This document shows, piece after piece, positions 18,298-27,878 of a stretch of DNA of 53,805 nt (its first letter is position 1; each line of letters opens with the position of its first letter). Source of the stretch: Candidatus Micrarchaeota archaeon. GTDB lineage: Archaea; Micrarchaeota; Micrarchaeia; Micrarchaeales; CABMGC01. The translations under genes and the position numbers were made by a program. The stretch is taken from NCBI GenBank assembly GCA_021828295.1, contig JAKASF010000004.1, positions 1 through 53,805 on the forward strand, given 5' to 3'. The notes beneath the pieces were generated by a model. It was given only the letters and a program-made list of their open reading frames with translations, ran no database searches and had not been told where the DNA came from.

Positions 18298-19259
18298 GCA
18301 CCCTGTTTCGACTCCAGCGACACGTATGTGATCTTCGGTGCCGCAGCCTTCTTTGAGGAGCGAAGCGCCTTCCTTATGCGGATAAGCCTCTTCGCCGGCC
18401 CCGGTATGGAGCCGTCTATAAGCAGGTAATCGCCGTTCACTATTCCGAACTTCAGGAAGCCTCCGTTAGGGGTGACCGTGGCTGCGTCCTGCGAGGTGCC
18501 CACCTTGAGCACGCGCTTGTTGAGCTCGGTCCTGTAGTTGAAACCAAGGTGACCGGCTTGAGGGACAGAGAAAAGAACCTTCGGGGGGCTGAACGCGCCG
18601 AGAGGCGAGATGTGCCTTATCTTGCCTGTGGCTTTGTGGTACTGCCTGGCAGCGCCGAACCTGTGGATCGGGCCTTCCCATCCCTTTCCTTTCGATACCG
18701 CAGTAACATCAATAAAGTCGCCATTTGCAATCGTCTCCGCAAGCTTTATCTCCTTGCCTAGCATCTTCTCAGCGAACGCGAGCTTTGACTGGACGTCGGC
18801 TCCGCCGATTGGAACCTCGAACCTGAGCTGCTTCTTTATCCCTATCTTGAGCGATTCTGGATCTGCGAAGGCCAGCATCGTGAGATCGCTGTATTCTTTT
18901 ATGCTCTTCTTTGCGTCTTCTACGCCCTTTGTCTTCGTCTTCTTTATCCCGACCTTCTGGGCCGTTGGTGCGTCGTATATCTCGTCAATTGGCTGCTTGT
19001 ACAGGTACTTCTTGCCGTAGAACCTTATTCCGTAGACGAATATCTTTGGAAGGACCACAACTGTTGCGGCCCTCATTATCTCCTGCCCCTTCGTCGGCGA
19101 GAGCGAGTCATCCATTATGCCTATGTGCGTCATTCCTGCCTTGAACGCGAGGAGCGAGAGGGCTGCGGGTTCCTTGGAGTCTGGCCAGTTCCTCACTCTT
19201 GGAAGTAGCCTCTGCGCCCGTCTGTGGGGCCAAAATTCTAGCGAACCTCTGTGACTCAT
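18294..19259 (-). CDS. rpl3: 50S ribosomal protein L3
   Basis: GSLEFWP.RRA, FKAGMTH, KGKGWEGPI.RFG, RTELNKR. Confidence 0.96.
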   Translation of the reverse strand: MSHRGSLEFWPHRRAQRLLPRVRNWPDSKEPAALSLLAFKAGMTHIGIMDDSLSPTKGQEIMRAATVVVLPKIFVYGIRFYGKKYLYKQPIDEIYDAPTAQKVGIKKTKTKGVEDAKKSIKEYSDLTMLAFADPESLKIGIKKQLRFEVPIGGADVQSKLAFAEKMLGKEIKLAETIANGDFIDVTAVSKGKGWEGPIHRFGAARQYHKATGKIRHISPLGAFSPPKVLFSVPQAGHLGFNYRTELNKRVLKVGTSQDAATVTPNGGFLKFGIVNGDYLLIDGSIPGPAKRLIRIRKALRSSKKAAAPKITYVSLESKQGA

Positions 19260-19372
19260 GCCTATGCACTTGGAAAAGTAGCACAGTATCGCTGTCCACG
19301 CGAAAAACAGCTAACATAATGGTCGATTTAGCTTTATAAAAGTGTCGGGAGCGGCGTATTTGTGGAAGTGAG

Positions 19373-19600
19373 TCACACTATCAGTGAGCTTACGTCTCCT
19401 ACGACCTTCAGCTGCTTCACGGCGCTCGACACCGAGGCCAGAAGAGCAACGGGGTCGTCAGCCTCCACGCTTATCTCTATACTGTCTTTCGCCGCCTTGA
19501 AGGACACGCTGCCGCGCTTGTACTTCTCGCCCTTGCCTATAATCTTGACATAGCTCCTTGCTCTGGGGCCCAGCCTGATTTTCAGAGTTGCAGAGGGCAT
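19373..19600 (-). CDS. pcc1: KEOPS complex subunit Pcc1
   Basis: R.SV...ISVEADDPVALLASVSS pattern; 75 aa. Confidence 0.7.
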   Translation of the reverse strand: MPSATLKIRLGPRARSYVKIIGKGEKYKRGSVSFKAAKDSIEISVEADDPVALLASVSSAVKQLKVVGDVSSLIV

Positions 19601-19609
19601 TGGATGCGC

Positions 19610-20056
19610 CTATCTCCTTCTAGAGTTGGCGAGGGGCTTGCCCTCTAGGAGATATTTTTCCCCGGCAGGAGTAAACTCCCATTTCCCCGGAGAGCCAGTA
19701 ACTATCTCCTCTATTTCAGACTCGCCCTGAAGTCTAATGTCCAAGAGAAGCTTCCTCTTCCATGGTTCTTTCTGCAGCCCCATAATCAGCTTTGGGCGGT
19801 ACGCTGAGTCTATAAGCAGGTTCTCTGGCGCCTCGCCGATCGCCCTGAGCTTTTCCACTAGTTTGGAAAGGCGGAAGTTGTGCGCTATCACCTTCTCTCC
19901 TTTTATGGCTATGAAGTCATCGTCGTACTTCTTCTTCAGCTCTTTGCGGTGGGCTTCAAGCCATCTGACATCTTTGGCAAACGCATCTATCAGTTTCTTT
20001 TCTTCTTTCGCTGAATTAGAAAGCGGTTTGGGCCTTACGCCGTAGACGAACGTCAT
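19610..20056 (-). CDS. Hypothetical protein with DUF5678-like domain
   Basis: WLEAHRKELKKKYDDDFIAIKGEKVIAH resembles DUF5678. Confidence 0.55.
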   Translation of the reverse strand: MTFVYGVRPKPLSNSAKEEKKLIDAFAKDVRWLEAHRKELKKKYDDDFIAIKGEKVIAHNFRLSKLVEKLRAIGEAPENLLIDSAYRPKLIMGLQKEPWKRKLLLDIRLQGESEIEEIVTGSPGKWEFTPAGEKYLLEGKPLANSRRR

Positions 20057-20087
20057 GCAGAAGGATTCGCACAGGAAGCATTAAAGG

Positions 20088-20663
20088 CTATCTGTCACGT
20101 CTACTCATCCCCTGCGCGACGCTCGGCCTGTTCCTGCTTGTGCCGAAGCCTTTCTCGACTAGGCCCCTGAACTTCTTCCCGGCGCTTGTGAGCCCGCGTA
20201 TCGCCCTGCCCTTGTGGGCTATCACTCTGGCGTAGTTGGGGTCCGAGAGCACCGAGGGATGCGACTTGTCTAGAAGTATGACCTCGAAGAACTTGTACTC
20301 TCCGTCCTGGCCGACGAAATAGGAGTTGAGAACTTCGCAGTTTGCAAACCTGTTCGACGCGCGCTCCTCGGCCCTCGCCTGAAGCGACTTCCTGAAAGCG
20401 TAGAATCGTCCCTCTTTGGATGGCTTCCTTCCAGCCTGTATCTTCCTGCGCTTGTTGAGCCCGCGGTCGACGCGTACCCTGGCGATGACCACGCCCTGCT
20501 TGGCCTTGTAGCCGAGCTCGCGTGCGCGGGCCACGTTGGTGGGTTTCTCTGCGCGGGCCACCGGAGGCTGCGTCCTCCACGAGGCTATCCTCCGCTTGAC
20601 TTCCTGCGATCTCGTCGCGTAAGCGTCCTGGAATGACCTGTTTATCTGCTTGTAGGCGTTCAC
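20088..20663 (-). CDS. rpl15e: 50S ribosomal protein L15e
   Basis: ARELGYKAKQG, EVLNSYFVGQDG.YKFFEVIL, RGLTSAG. Confidence 0.96.
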   Translation of the reverse strand: MNAYKQINRSFQDAYATRSQEVKRRIASWRTQPPVARAEKPTNVARARELGYKAKQGVVIARVRVDRGLNKRRKIQAGRKPSKEGRFYAFRKSLQARAEERASNRFANCEVLNSYFVGQDGEYKFFEVILLDKSHPSVLSDPNYARVIAHKGRAIRGLTSAGKKFRGLVEKGFGTSRNRPSVAQGMSRRDR

Positions 20664-20697
20664 TTCTTCACCTGAGAATTAGCTTGCTCGCTGAATC

Positions 20698-21855
20698 TCA
20701 CTTGCTGCTAATTATATCTGCCAACCCTTTTAAATAGAGGTAGGCTGCTGCGTATGTCGGCAGCTCCAGTTCCTCGTTCTTGTAGGGTCCGAACTCTTTG
20801 CCGTTCATCACGAGCCTGTATCTGGAGTCGACTCTTACCGCGAGTTCGCCGGTATTGAACGCTACCGCGCCTTTCATCGGATCGAAGAGCTCGAGCGCCG
20901 CCAGCGACGGTACCTTCTTCGCTATCAGGCCGGTTCCGCCGTGTATGCTGTTGGGCAGGCGCATCAGGTGCGAGGGGTCGTTGGTCACGCCCTTGTCTAT
21001 CCTGTTCCCCTGGTTTATGACCTGCCTGCTGAGCAGGTTCTCGAAGACGCTCTTCCTGTTAGGTATGCTGTAGAAGTCCCAGTTGCCGCCCTCGATCTGC
21101 TTCCTCACGCTTGCGATGTTTGCGAATATCTTGTTTGCAACTGTCTTGTCGATGCCCAGCGAGGTCAGGTCCTCCTTGCTGTGAGCCGCATTGAGGAACG
21201 CGTTGGCTACCTTTCCGCGCCAGCCGCCGTCGCTGGGCCTTGGACCCATCTGCTTCTCGTGCCTCGGGTCGATGCGCACGGTGTAGAAGAACGAATCATA
21301 GTCGGGCTCCTGCCCGAATATGTAGTTGCTTATCTCCTCTCTAGCAGACTTGCCGAGCGAGAGCACGCTCTCCTTCCTTATGTGCACGTGGTAGCCCCTG
21401 TTCCCGCTGAAGTTTATCTCCATCTCCCTCGCGGAGAACCCGAAGTCTGGCACGAGGAAGTTCTCGATGAGTTTGATGACCTCGCCCTTCGCCGCTTCCA
21501 GGCATTTCTCGCACGCCCATTCCTTGCCGTGCTCTATCCTGCACGGAAGCTTGACTATATCGCCGGCGTCGATGTCGAACCTGAGTTCAGAGCCGAGCCA
21601 GCCCTTCTTGTCCATCGCAGCCGTAGGGTCCTTGTAGTAGGCCGCGGAGTAGTCGACGTGGAGCGGGGCCGCATCGACCAGATACGAGCGCAGCTCTTTC
21701 TCGCCTCCGAACGCGGTGTGCCTCACTGCTATCCTGCTTGCGAAGCTGCCGAAGCCGAACTCCCTCTCCTCTATCCTGTCGGGGGCTATGCCTGCTACGC
21801 TGGCATAGTAGCTCTTGATCTGGCCGGATATCGCTTTATTGCCGAAATCAGACAA
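20698..21855 (-). CDS. priS: DNA primase catalytic subunit PriS
   Basis: REFGF, ELRFDID, FSGNRGYHVH, LMRLP.S.HG; start uncertain. Confidence 0.93.
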   Translation of the reverse strand: MSDFGNKAISGQIKSYYASVAGIAPDRIEEREFGFGSFASRIAVRHTAFGGEKELRSYLVDAAPLHVDYSAAYYKDPTAAMDKKGWLGSELRFDIDAGDIVKLPCRIEHGKEWACEKCLEAAKGEVIKLIENFLVPDFGFSAREMEINFSGNRGYHVHIRKESVLSLGKSAREEISNYIFGQEPDYDSFFYTVRIDPRHEKQMGPRPSDGGWRGKVANAFLNAAHSKEDLTSLGIDKTVANKIFANIASVRKQIEGGNWDFYSIPNRKSVFENLLSRQVINQGNRIDKGVTNDPSHLMRLPNSIHGGTGLIAKKVPSLAALELFDPMKGAVAFNTGELAVRVDSRYRLVMNGKEFGPYKNEELELPTYAAAYLYLKGLADIISSK

Positions 21856-21925
21856 AGGAATCGCATATTATTTCTGCGAGGAGCCTTTTATAGTTGACGC
21901 AGAGTTCGCATCAAAATGGGGCGAT

Positions 21926-22066
21926 CTAGCCGCGCCTGTCGCCCAGGAGCCCATCGCGCAGGGACCGCCTCTGGTCTCTGCTGCGTTCGTCTGCCATCCT
22001 TCGCTCGCTCTCTTCTATCTGCGAGATCATCTTCACCTTCACGCCGTGCAGGAAGTTCCTGAGCAT
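21926..22066 (-). CDS. Putative small protein (46 aa), absent from ORF track
   Basis: MLRNFLHGVKVKMISQIEESERRMADERSRDQRRSLRDGLLGDRRG*; TTTAAA ~22 bp upstream. Confidence 0.5.
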   Translation of the reverse strand: MLRNFLHGVKVKMISQIEESERRMADERSRDQRRSLRDGLLGDRRG

Positions 22067-22170
22067 GCTCTGCCTTTGGGCCTGGAGTTTAAATGGATCT
22101 TCATGATGGTAAGCGTTTTGCCGAAGCGATTCGTCGATAGCCTAATAAGACTGCTAGCAGAGAATAGCCC

Positions 22171-22527
22171 ATGGACGAGGTCAAGCAGGTCATCGTGGTC
22201 AGGAAGGACCTCAAGATGGGCGCTGGCAAGCTGGCAGCGCAGGTGGCGCACGCGTCGATGCTCAGCTACGCAGAGGCGCAGAAGAAGGACAAGGAGATAA
22301 TCAAGGCGTGGCTCGACAGCGGGCAGAAGAAGATCGTGCTGGAGGGCGACGACGAGAAGATGCTTGAACGGCTTTACAAGGCGTTCCAGTACGAGAAGGT
22401 GCCGTGCGCGCTCGTCAACGACGCCGGATTGACACAGCTCCCGCCAGGGACGACGACAGCGCTGGGCATCGGTCCAGACTTGGCTGCGAAGATAGACAAG
22501 TTTACGAAGCCGTTGAAGCTCCTTTGA
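22171..22527 (+). CDS. pth2: Peptidyl-tRNA hydrolase Pth2
   Basis: KQVIVVRKDLKMGAGKLAAQVAHA, DAGLTQ, LGIGP. Confidence 0.96.
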   Translation: MDEVKQVIVVRKDLKMGAGKLAAQVAHASMLSYAEAQKKDKEIIKAWLDSGQKKIVLEGDDEKMLERLYKAFQYEKVPCALVNDAGLTQLPPGTTTALGIGPDLAAKIDKFTKPLKLL

Positions 22528-22575
22528 TACACTATTTTAATAAAGGCCAGATGACACTAAGTATGGGGCTTTCTC

Positions 22576-23505
22576 TTGAAAGGCAAAAAAGTAATCATTA
22601 CTGGCGGGGCCGGGTTTGTGGGCAGCAACGTTGTGGAGGAACTTGCGAAGGACAACCAGGTGCTGGTGTTGGACAACCTGCACACAGGAAACGTGCTCAA
22701 CATAGATGCCTTCCTTAAAAATAATAACGTAAAGTTTAAGCAGTTGGATGTTTCTGACATATCCAAGTCAGAATTCGTGCCGGACGTGATATTCCACTTG
22801 GGTATGTACTCATCTACACCGATGTACAAGGAGGATAGAAACTTGGTGCACAAGGTAATCGACGGCGCGATACAGGTCATGGAGTTTGCGAAAGAGACGA
22901 AGGCGAAGGTGGTAATAGCCTCTTCTTCCTCCATATATAACGGCCATAGCGTGCCGCAGAAAGAGGAGATGATACCAAAAGTCACCGACTTCTATACCGA
23001 GGCGCGATATGAGGTTGAAAGACTTGCAGAATTGTACAACAAAATGTTCGGTGTCGGAACAATATGCATGCGGTTCTTCTCGGTTTATGGACCGCGAGAA
23101 AGGAGCAAGGGCAGATTTGCAAATCTTATCTCGCAGTTCATCTGGGACCTGCAGGATGGCAAGGAACCCGTAGTGTATGGAGACGGCCTTCAGACTAGAG
23201 ACTTCATCTACGTGAAGGACGTTGTTGACGCGCTAGTGGCAGCAGCAGAATCGGATAAGACTGGAGTGTACAATGTCGGAACAGGCAAAAGCTATACGAT
23301 AAATGAGATGCTGAAGAAACTTGGGGAACAGATGGGTAAGAAGGTGACTCCAAAGTATATCGAAACGCCGTTCAGCAACTACGTCATGCATACATGCGCC
23401 GACATGAGCAAGACAAAGAGGGAGCTTGGTTTTGTCGCAAAGCGCTCGCTCGATGAAGGAATAAAGCTCACGATAGAACACAACCTGAAAGACAAGAAGA
23501 ATTGA
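22576..23505 (+). CDS. NAD-dependent epimerase/dehydratase
   Basis: ITGGAGFVGS, ASSSSIY, GDGLQTRDFIYVKD. Confidence 0.92.
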   Translation: MKGKKVIITGGAGFVGSNVVEELAKDNQVLVLDNLHTGNVLNIDAFLKNNNVKFKQLDVSDISKSEFVPDVIFHLGMYSSTPMYKEDRNLVHKVIDGAIQVMEFAKETKAKVVIASSSSIYNGHSVPQKEEMIPKVTDFYTEARYEVERLAELYNKMFGVGTICMRFFSVYGPRERSKGRFANLISQFIWDLQDGKEPVVYGDGLQTRDFIYVKDVVDALVAAAESDKTGVYNVGTGKSYTINEMLKKLGEQMGKKVTPKYIETPFSNYVMHTCADMSKTKRELGFVAKRSLDEGIKLTIEHNLKDKKN

Positions 23506-23527
23506 GCTTGAACTGGGGGCTTCCCTT

Positions 23528-23875
23528 ATGCTAAGCAAGAGAGTCGTGGACATTAGGCCATGGGGATCAGAAGACTGGTTCGTATCCAACGAGAAGTGCA
23601 CTGTGAAGCTGCTTTATGTCAAGAAGGGGAAGCGCAACAGCTACCAGTACCACAACAACCGCGACTCCGAGTTCTGGCACGTCGTTTCCGGAGAGGTGCT
23701 GGTGACGCTTGACGACAAGGAGATGAGGCTGCGGGAGGGCGAGGAGATAACTGTACCGAAACGCGCGAAGCACAGGTTCTACGGCATCACGGACGCCATA
23801 CTACTCGAGATAATAAGCGGCGATTTTGACGAGAGCGACATAGTCAGGCTGCAGGACGACTTCAACAGGAAGTGA
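23528..23875 (+). CDS. Cupin, phosphomannose isomerase type II C-terminal-like
   Basis: RPWG, SYQYH.NR..EFW.V, HR, DIVRLQDDF.R. Confidence 0.85.
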   Translation: MLSKRVVDIRPWGSEDWFVSNEKCTVKLLYVKKGKRNSYQYHNNRDSEFWHVVSGEVLVTLDDKEMRLREGEEITVPKRAKHRFYGITDAILLEIISGDFDESDIVRLQDDFNRK

Positions 23876-23880
23876 ATCGG

Positions 23881-24792
23881 CTACACGTAGGTGAGCCAGT
23901 ACGAGAAATCGTCGTTCTGCCCTGTGACGGCCTCGTCGTATGAATCGAGGAGCAGCTTCGTTATGGGTCCGATCTTGCCCTTCCCTATCCTGCGCGAATC
24001 TACCCGCGTTATCGGCGTTATCTCGGCTGCGGTGCCTGCGAAGAACGCTTCATCGCTCGTATACAGCTCCTCCCTGTGAACCCCGCGCTCCTCCACCTCT
24101 AGGCCCTTCGCCTCTGCTATCTTGATTATGCTGTCCCTCGTTATGCCGAGCAGTATGTCTGCCGATTCGTCTGGAGTGACCAGCTTCCCGTTCCTCACCA
24201 GGAAGAGGTTTTCTCCAGGGCCCTCCGCCACGTAGCCGTCAACAGACAGCATTATCGCCTCGTCTGCGCCCTCCCTCTTCGCCTCGGTAGATGCGAGTAT
24301 CGAGTTGAGGTAGTTGCCGCTGCCTTTCGCTTCCGGCGGCAGTATCTCCGAGTTTATCCTGTGCCACGACGAGACCCTGCAGCTTATCCCCTTATCTTTG
24401 TTCTCGAAGTAGTTGCCGAACGCTATCGCTGCAACGACGACGCTTACCTTCTTCCCAAGGGGACTGAGCCCTATGTGCTGGTCGTTGTAGAAACCGAACG
24501 GCCTTATGTAGCACTCGTTGAGGGAGTTCTTCTCTACGGGGCTGATTATCGCCTTTTTGAGGTCTTCGCGCTTCATCGGAAGCTGCATGCCGTATATCTT
24601 GGCTGTGTTGAAGAACCTCTTGACGTGGTCGTCGAGCCTGAAGATCGCTGGTCCCTTGGCGGTCTTGTACGCCCTTATGCCCTCGAAGATGCCACTGCCG
24701 TACTGGAGCGAATGCGTGAGCACATGCACGTTCGCCTTTTCGAAGGGCACAAACTTTCCGTCAAACCAAACATACTGCGACGCGGCGGCCAT
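23881..24792 (-). CDS. ilvE: Branched-chain amino acid aminotransferase
   Basis: HSLQYGSGIFEGIRAY, AKGSGNY, EGPGENLF, LLGITR, GTAAEITP. Confidence 0.95.
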   Translation of the reverse strand: MAAASQYVWFDGKFVPFEKANVHVLTHSLQYGSGIFEGIRAYKTAKGPAIFRLDDHVKRFFNTAKIYGMQLPMKREDLKKAIISPVEKNSLNECYIRPFGFYNDQHIGLSPLGKKVSVVVAAIAFGNYFENKDKGISCRVSSWHRINSEILPPEAKGSGNYLNSILASTEAKREGADEAIMLSVDGYVAEGPGENLFLVRNGKLVTPDESADILLGITRDSIIKIAEAKGLEVEERGVHREELYTSDEAFFAGTAAEITPITRVDSRRIGKGKIGPITKLLLDSYDEAVTGQNDDFSYWLTYV

Positions 24793-24826
24793 GCTAGCCT
24801 CTTGCATTACAAATTAAAATACACGT

Positions 24827-25192
24827 TCAGAATGCTGGCCCAGGCCCAAATCCAATACCGGAGAGCGGATTATTCCGCCCTTCCGGCACCAGACCCCCAT
24901 CCTTCCGCACCTCGTACATGAACGCGCGGAACGCCTCCAGTCCCTTCTCGGTCATCCTGAGAGGCTTCTGCTCCTCCCCTTTCTCCGTGAATTCCACCAC
25001 ACCCTTCTCCTTGAGCCTTTTCAGCGCATACCAGGCTCCGCTGCGCGATATCTCGTAGCGGTCGCATATGTACTCCACGAAGCTCGTTGCCGTGGATCCC
25101 CAATCCATCCCTATCTCCGCGAGCATCTGCGCCTCCTTCCCGCTGAGACGGAGCACCGCAATTGCATAGCTACTAGTTCGACCCACTTGCAT
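24827..25192 (-). CDS. Winged-helix DNA-binding protein
   Basis: ISRSGAWYALKRLKEKGVV...LRMTEKG. Confidence 0.75.
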   Translation of the reverse strand: MQVGRTSSYAIAVLRLSGKEAQMLAEIGMDWGSTATSFVEYICDRYEISRSGAWYALKRLKEKGVVEFTEKGEEQKPLRMTEKGLEAFRAFMYEVRKDGGLVPEGRNNPLSGIGFGPGPAF

Positions 25193-25405
25193 AAGAGCAC
25201 CAGGAAAACAGACAGACCTTAGCCCTTACGCAAGGGGCTTGATTGTATTAGCAAAGTAGCATGTCAGAGGCATGCCCGTGGCTATCCTTGAGAATGAGTC
25301 GTGCCACAGCCTTACGCTCTTGCAGCTTTGCATACGAACACAGTATTTTATGTATTGTTGGGTTCATCATATTTAAATCTTTTGTACTGAAAGGACGGGA
25401 GACGG

Positions 25406-26257
25406 ATGGATATAGGGTTCACTGCATCGATGCTTTCGCTTATAGCGATAGCGGTTCTGTACGCTGCTTTTGACCTCTTCAACAAGAGGAACGTGCCGGA
25501 CGTGTTCGCATACGCGAGCGTGCTGGTGGGGCTGGCGGTAACGCTGCTCTTCTACCAGAACGAGCTGCTGCTCAGCCTGACCGTGGCACTGATCGTAGGA
25601 AGCCTGGGGTATGTGGTGTACAGGATGGGGCTCTGGGGCGCCGGAGATTACTTCGAGCTGGTGGCCATTAGCCTGGTGTTTCCTGTGCAGCCCGCACCGA
25701 TGTTCTCCGCTGCTGTGCAACTCGGTCTGCCGTTCATACTTTCGGTCTTCGTGGCGACCGGTTTCGCTGCGATATGGGTCGTGCCGATATACTACCTGCT
25801 GTTCGTCAAGAAGATGTGGAGCCGGGTCCCCGATCTGAAGCACGTAGCCTACGGCGCCTCCCTGTTCACGCTTTATATGGTGCTCCTCTTCTTCGTCTAC
25901 TATTTCTACGGGTTCGGCGCTGGACGGGTTGCGCTCATACTGCTTGTAGCGATACCATCTTCCCTTACCCTCGTGTTCGAGGAGGAGATAACCACACGCA
26001 TGGTAGAACGGATATACCCGAGGCGGCTGGACGAGGGCGACATAATCGCGTTCAACATGATGAGCGCTTCTGAGAGGCGCTACTTCTCAAAGTACTCGGG
26101 CTTTGGCAGGCTGGCAACCAAGCAGCTTATCGCGAGGATAAGGAATGCGAAGATCACGCTTCCGGTCTACAGGAACGCGGCGCCGCTCGCTGTCTTCATA
26201 CTCATAGGCGTTGTCGTCTCGCTCTTCTTCGGCAACGTGGTGCTGTTCATCGTCTGA
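25406..26257 (+). CDS. Type IV prepilin peptidase (A24 family, PibD/FlaK-like)
   Basis: Two catalytic Asp motifs (AAFDL..R.VPD, GAGD); multiple TM helices. Confidence 0.85.
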   Translation: MDIGFTASMLSLIAIAVLYAAFDLFNKRNVPDVFAYASVLVGLAVTLLFYQNELLLSLTVALIVGSLGYVVYRMGLWGAGDYFELVAISLVFPVQPAPMFSAAVQLGLPFILSVFVATGFAAIWVVPIYYLLFVKKMWSRVPDLKHVAYGASLFTLYMVLLFFVYYFYGFGAGRVALILLVAIPSSLTLVFEEEITTRMVERIYPRRLDEGDIIAFNMMSASERRYFSKYSGFGRLATKQLIARIRNAKITLPVYRNAAPLAVFILIGVVVSLFFGNVVLFIV

Positions 26258-27133
26258 TCAGTAGACGATGTTGAGCAGCTCGTCCTCCGAACTTACCTTC
26301 GACAGCTCTGCGTTGTCGACAACAGGTATGCCCCTTATCCTGCCCTTCGCGTTCTTGGCCAGGAAGAACGGATAGTTGCTGTCGAAAGTTTCCTTTATCG
26401 CGGCGAAGAACGCGGCGCGCTTCTCCATGGTCCTGAAGTTGGCGTCGAAGCTTATCTCAAAATAATTCCTCTCCTTGGCGATGATGTCGAACGGAGCGCT
26501 GCGTAGCTCCAACGCCTGCAAGCCCGTCCTGCCGAAGGTTTCGTCCCTCTGCTTTCTTTGGACCTTATGCTGCAGCACCTCTTCGGCCCCTATCCTACCA
26601 TTCAGCACCCTCTCTATTCTAAGTATCGTGCTTACTGCCGCGTATCCCTGCCCTTCTTCATGCTTATAGAGCGTAGACTCGGACAGGCCTGTCTGCTTTG
26701 CCAGCTCCGACATGCGCATGCCACTCACCTTCCTCAAGCTCCTGAGTTTCATGCCGTCTATAGGCCCCTTAACCCCGAACGACCTCGAAGAGAAGAGCTT
26801 CGCTTCCCCGTGCAGCAACGAGCGGAGCGTGCTCGGAGATACGCACCTGACATCGAACCTGTAGCTGCTCACGTTCTCCCTGAGGGGCCTAATCCCGGCC
26901 ATAGAGCCGAGGATTATCGGTTCTGCATCGAGGAATTTTGCAAGCTTGAACAGGCTGCTCGCCTCCTTCTTTGTTACAGAGTCTATGTTGTGCGCTACCT
27001 TGATTATGAACTTCTGGCTTCCGCGCGCTGCTATCACATCGGCGCACGTGTGCATATTGCTGGCCAGCACGGTGGCGAACCCGCTCTCCTCAAGCTCCTG
27101 CTTGGCGAGCCTGGCTATTCGCTCCTTCTTCAT
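26258..27133 (-). CDS. Archaeal Cro/C1-type HTH regulator (COG1395-like)
   Basis: D.IA.R....IKV..NIDS N-terminus; central LRKVSGMRMSELA...S.STLYKHE HTH. Confidence 0.8.
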   Translation of the reverse strand: MKKERIARLAKQELEESGFATVLASNMHTCADVIAARGSQKFIIKVAHNIDSVTKKEASSLFKLAKFLDAEPIILGSMAGIRPLRENVSSYRFDVRCVSPSTLRSLLHGEAKLFSSRSFGVKGPIDGMKLRSLRKVSGMRMSELAKQTGLSESTLYKHEEGQGYAAVSTILRIERVLNGRIGAEEVLQHKVQRKQRDETFGRTGLQALELRSAPFDIIAKERNYFEISFDANFRTMEKRAAFFAAIKETFDSNYPFFLAKNAKGRIRGIPVVDNAELSKVSSEDELLNIVY

Positions 27134-27181
27134 GCTAATGAATTGGCAGCGAAGGCTTTTATCCTATATCGCGGCCTGGCG

Positions 27182-27865
27182 CTAGCTCCTCCTGAACAGG
27201 AAAGCGTGGTTTGTCTCCACGTAGAAACGATTGAACGGGACAAATCCGGAGTCGTGCATCAGGGCTATTATCTCCTCGGGCGAAAAGCGCCTGTAGAACG
27301 TCTGATGCCTCCTGCCGTCGCCAAGCCAGATTCCGTCTGTGCACTCCTTGCCCTCGTGTTGAAGCTGCCTATAGCGGTCGTCGTCCTTGAGCCAGAAAAC
27401 AAGCGCGTACTTGCCGTCGCGCAGCTTGTCATGCAGAAGATCGAGAACTTCGACGCGCTCTGGTGCATGGGGCATCGTCGCTAAGACGTTTACCAGCATC
27501 GCAAGATCGTATTTCTGCTCGTCATGGGCGAACTCTTGCGGAGTCAGCCTTCGGAACTTCTCGCCGTATGCCTGGCATATGGAATAGTTGCGCTGTGCCA
27601 GCCGGTTTGCATTGAGCCTATCGAACTCTACAGCGCTTATGCTCTTGCCGGCTTGGAGCACGAACGGAACGTTCTTCAATTTCCCAGCACCGAACTCGAC
27701 CACGTCGTTTATGCCTAGGGCTGTGTTGCTAAGCACGGACCTGAGAACGGTCTTAAGCCCGTCTCCGACGGAGGAAAATGAGGACGCGGACTTGGTTACG
27801 TCAATCTCGATGCTCTTCCATCTATCACCGTCAAGCGCGGTAAGCTTGTATAGAGGTCCGCCCAT
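27182..27865 (-). CDS. Class I SAM-dependent methyltransferase
   Basis: VVEFGAGKLKN motif I, YDLAMLVNVL, L..KLRDG; start at MGGPL. Confidence 0.75.
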   Translation of the reverse strand: MGGPLYKLTALDGDRWKSIEIDVTKSASSFSSVGDGLKTVLRSVLSNTALGINDVVEFGAGKLKNVPFVLQAGKSISAVEFDRLNANRLAQRNYSICQAYGEKFRRLTPQEFAHDEQKYDLAMLVNVLATMPHAPERVEVLDLLHDKLRDGKYALVFWLKDDDRYRQLQHEGKECTDGIWLGDGRRHQTFYRRFSPEEIIALMHDSGFVPFNRFYVETNHAFLFRRS

Positions 27866-27878
27866 GGTAAACAGCTTT

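Noticed and set aside
20941-21897. 318-aa plus-strand ORF and similar long antisense ORFs (e.g. 26558-27484, 15673-16377)
   Set aside because: Antisense shadows of well-supported genes, expected from GC-rich third codon positions.
21815-22300. 161-aa ORF, or SRP/RNase P RNA in the priS-pth2 gap
   Set aside because: No recognisable RNA motifs; a 46-aa minus-strand ORF explains the gap better.
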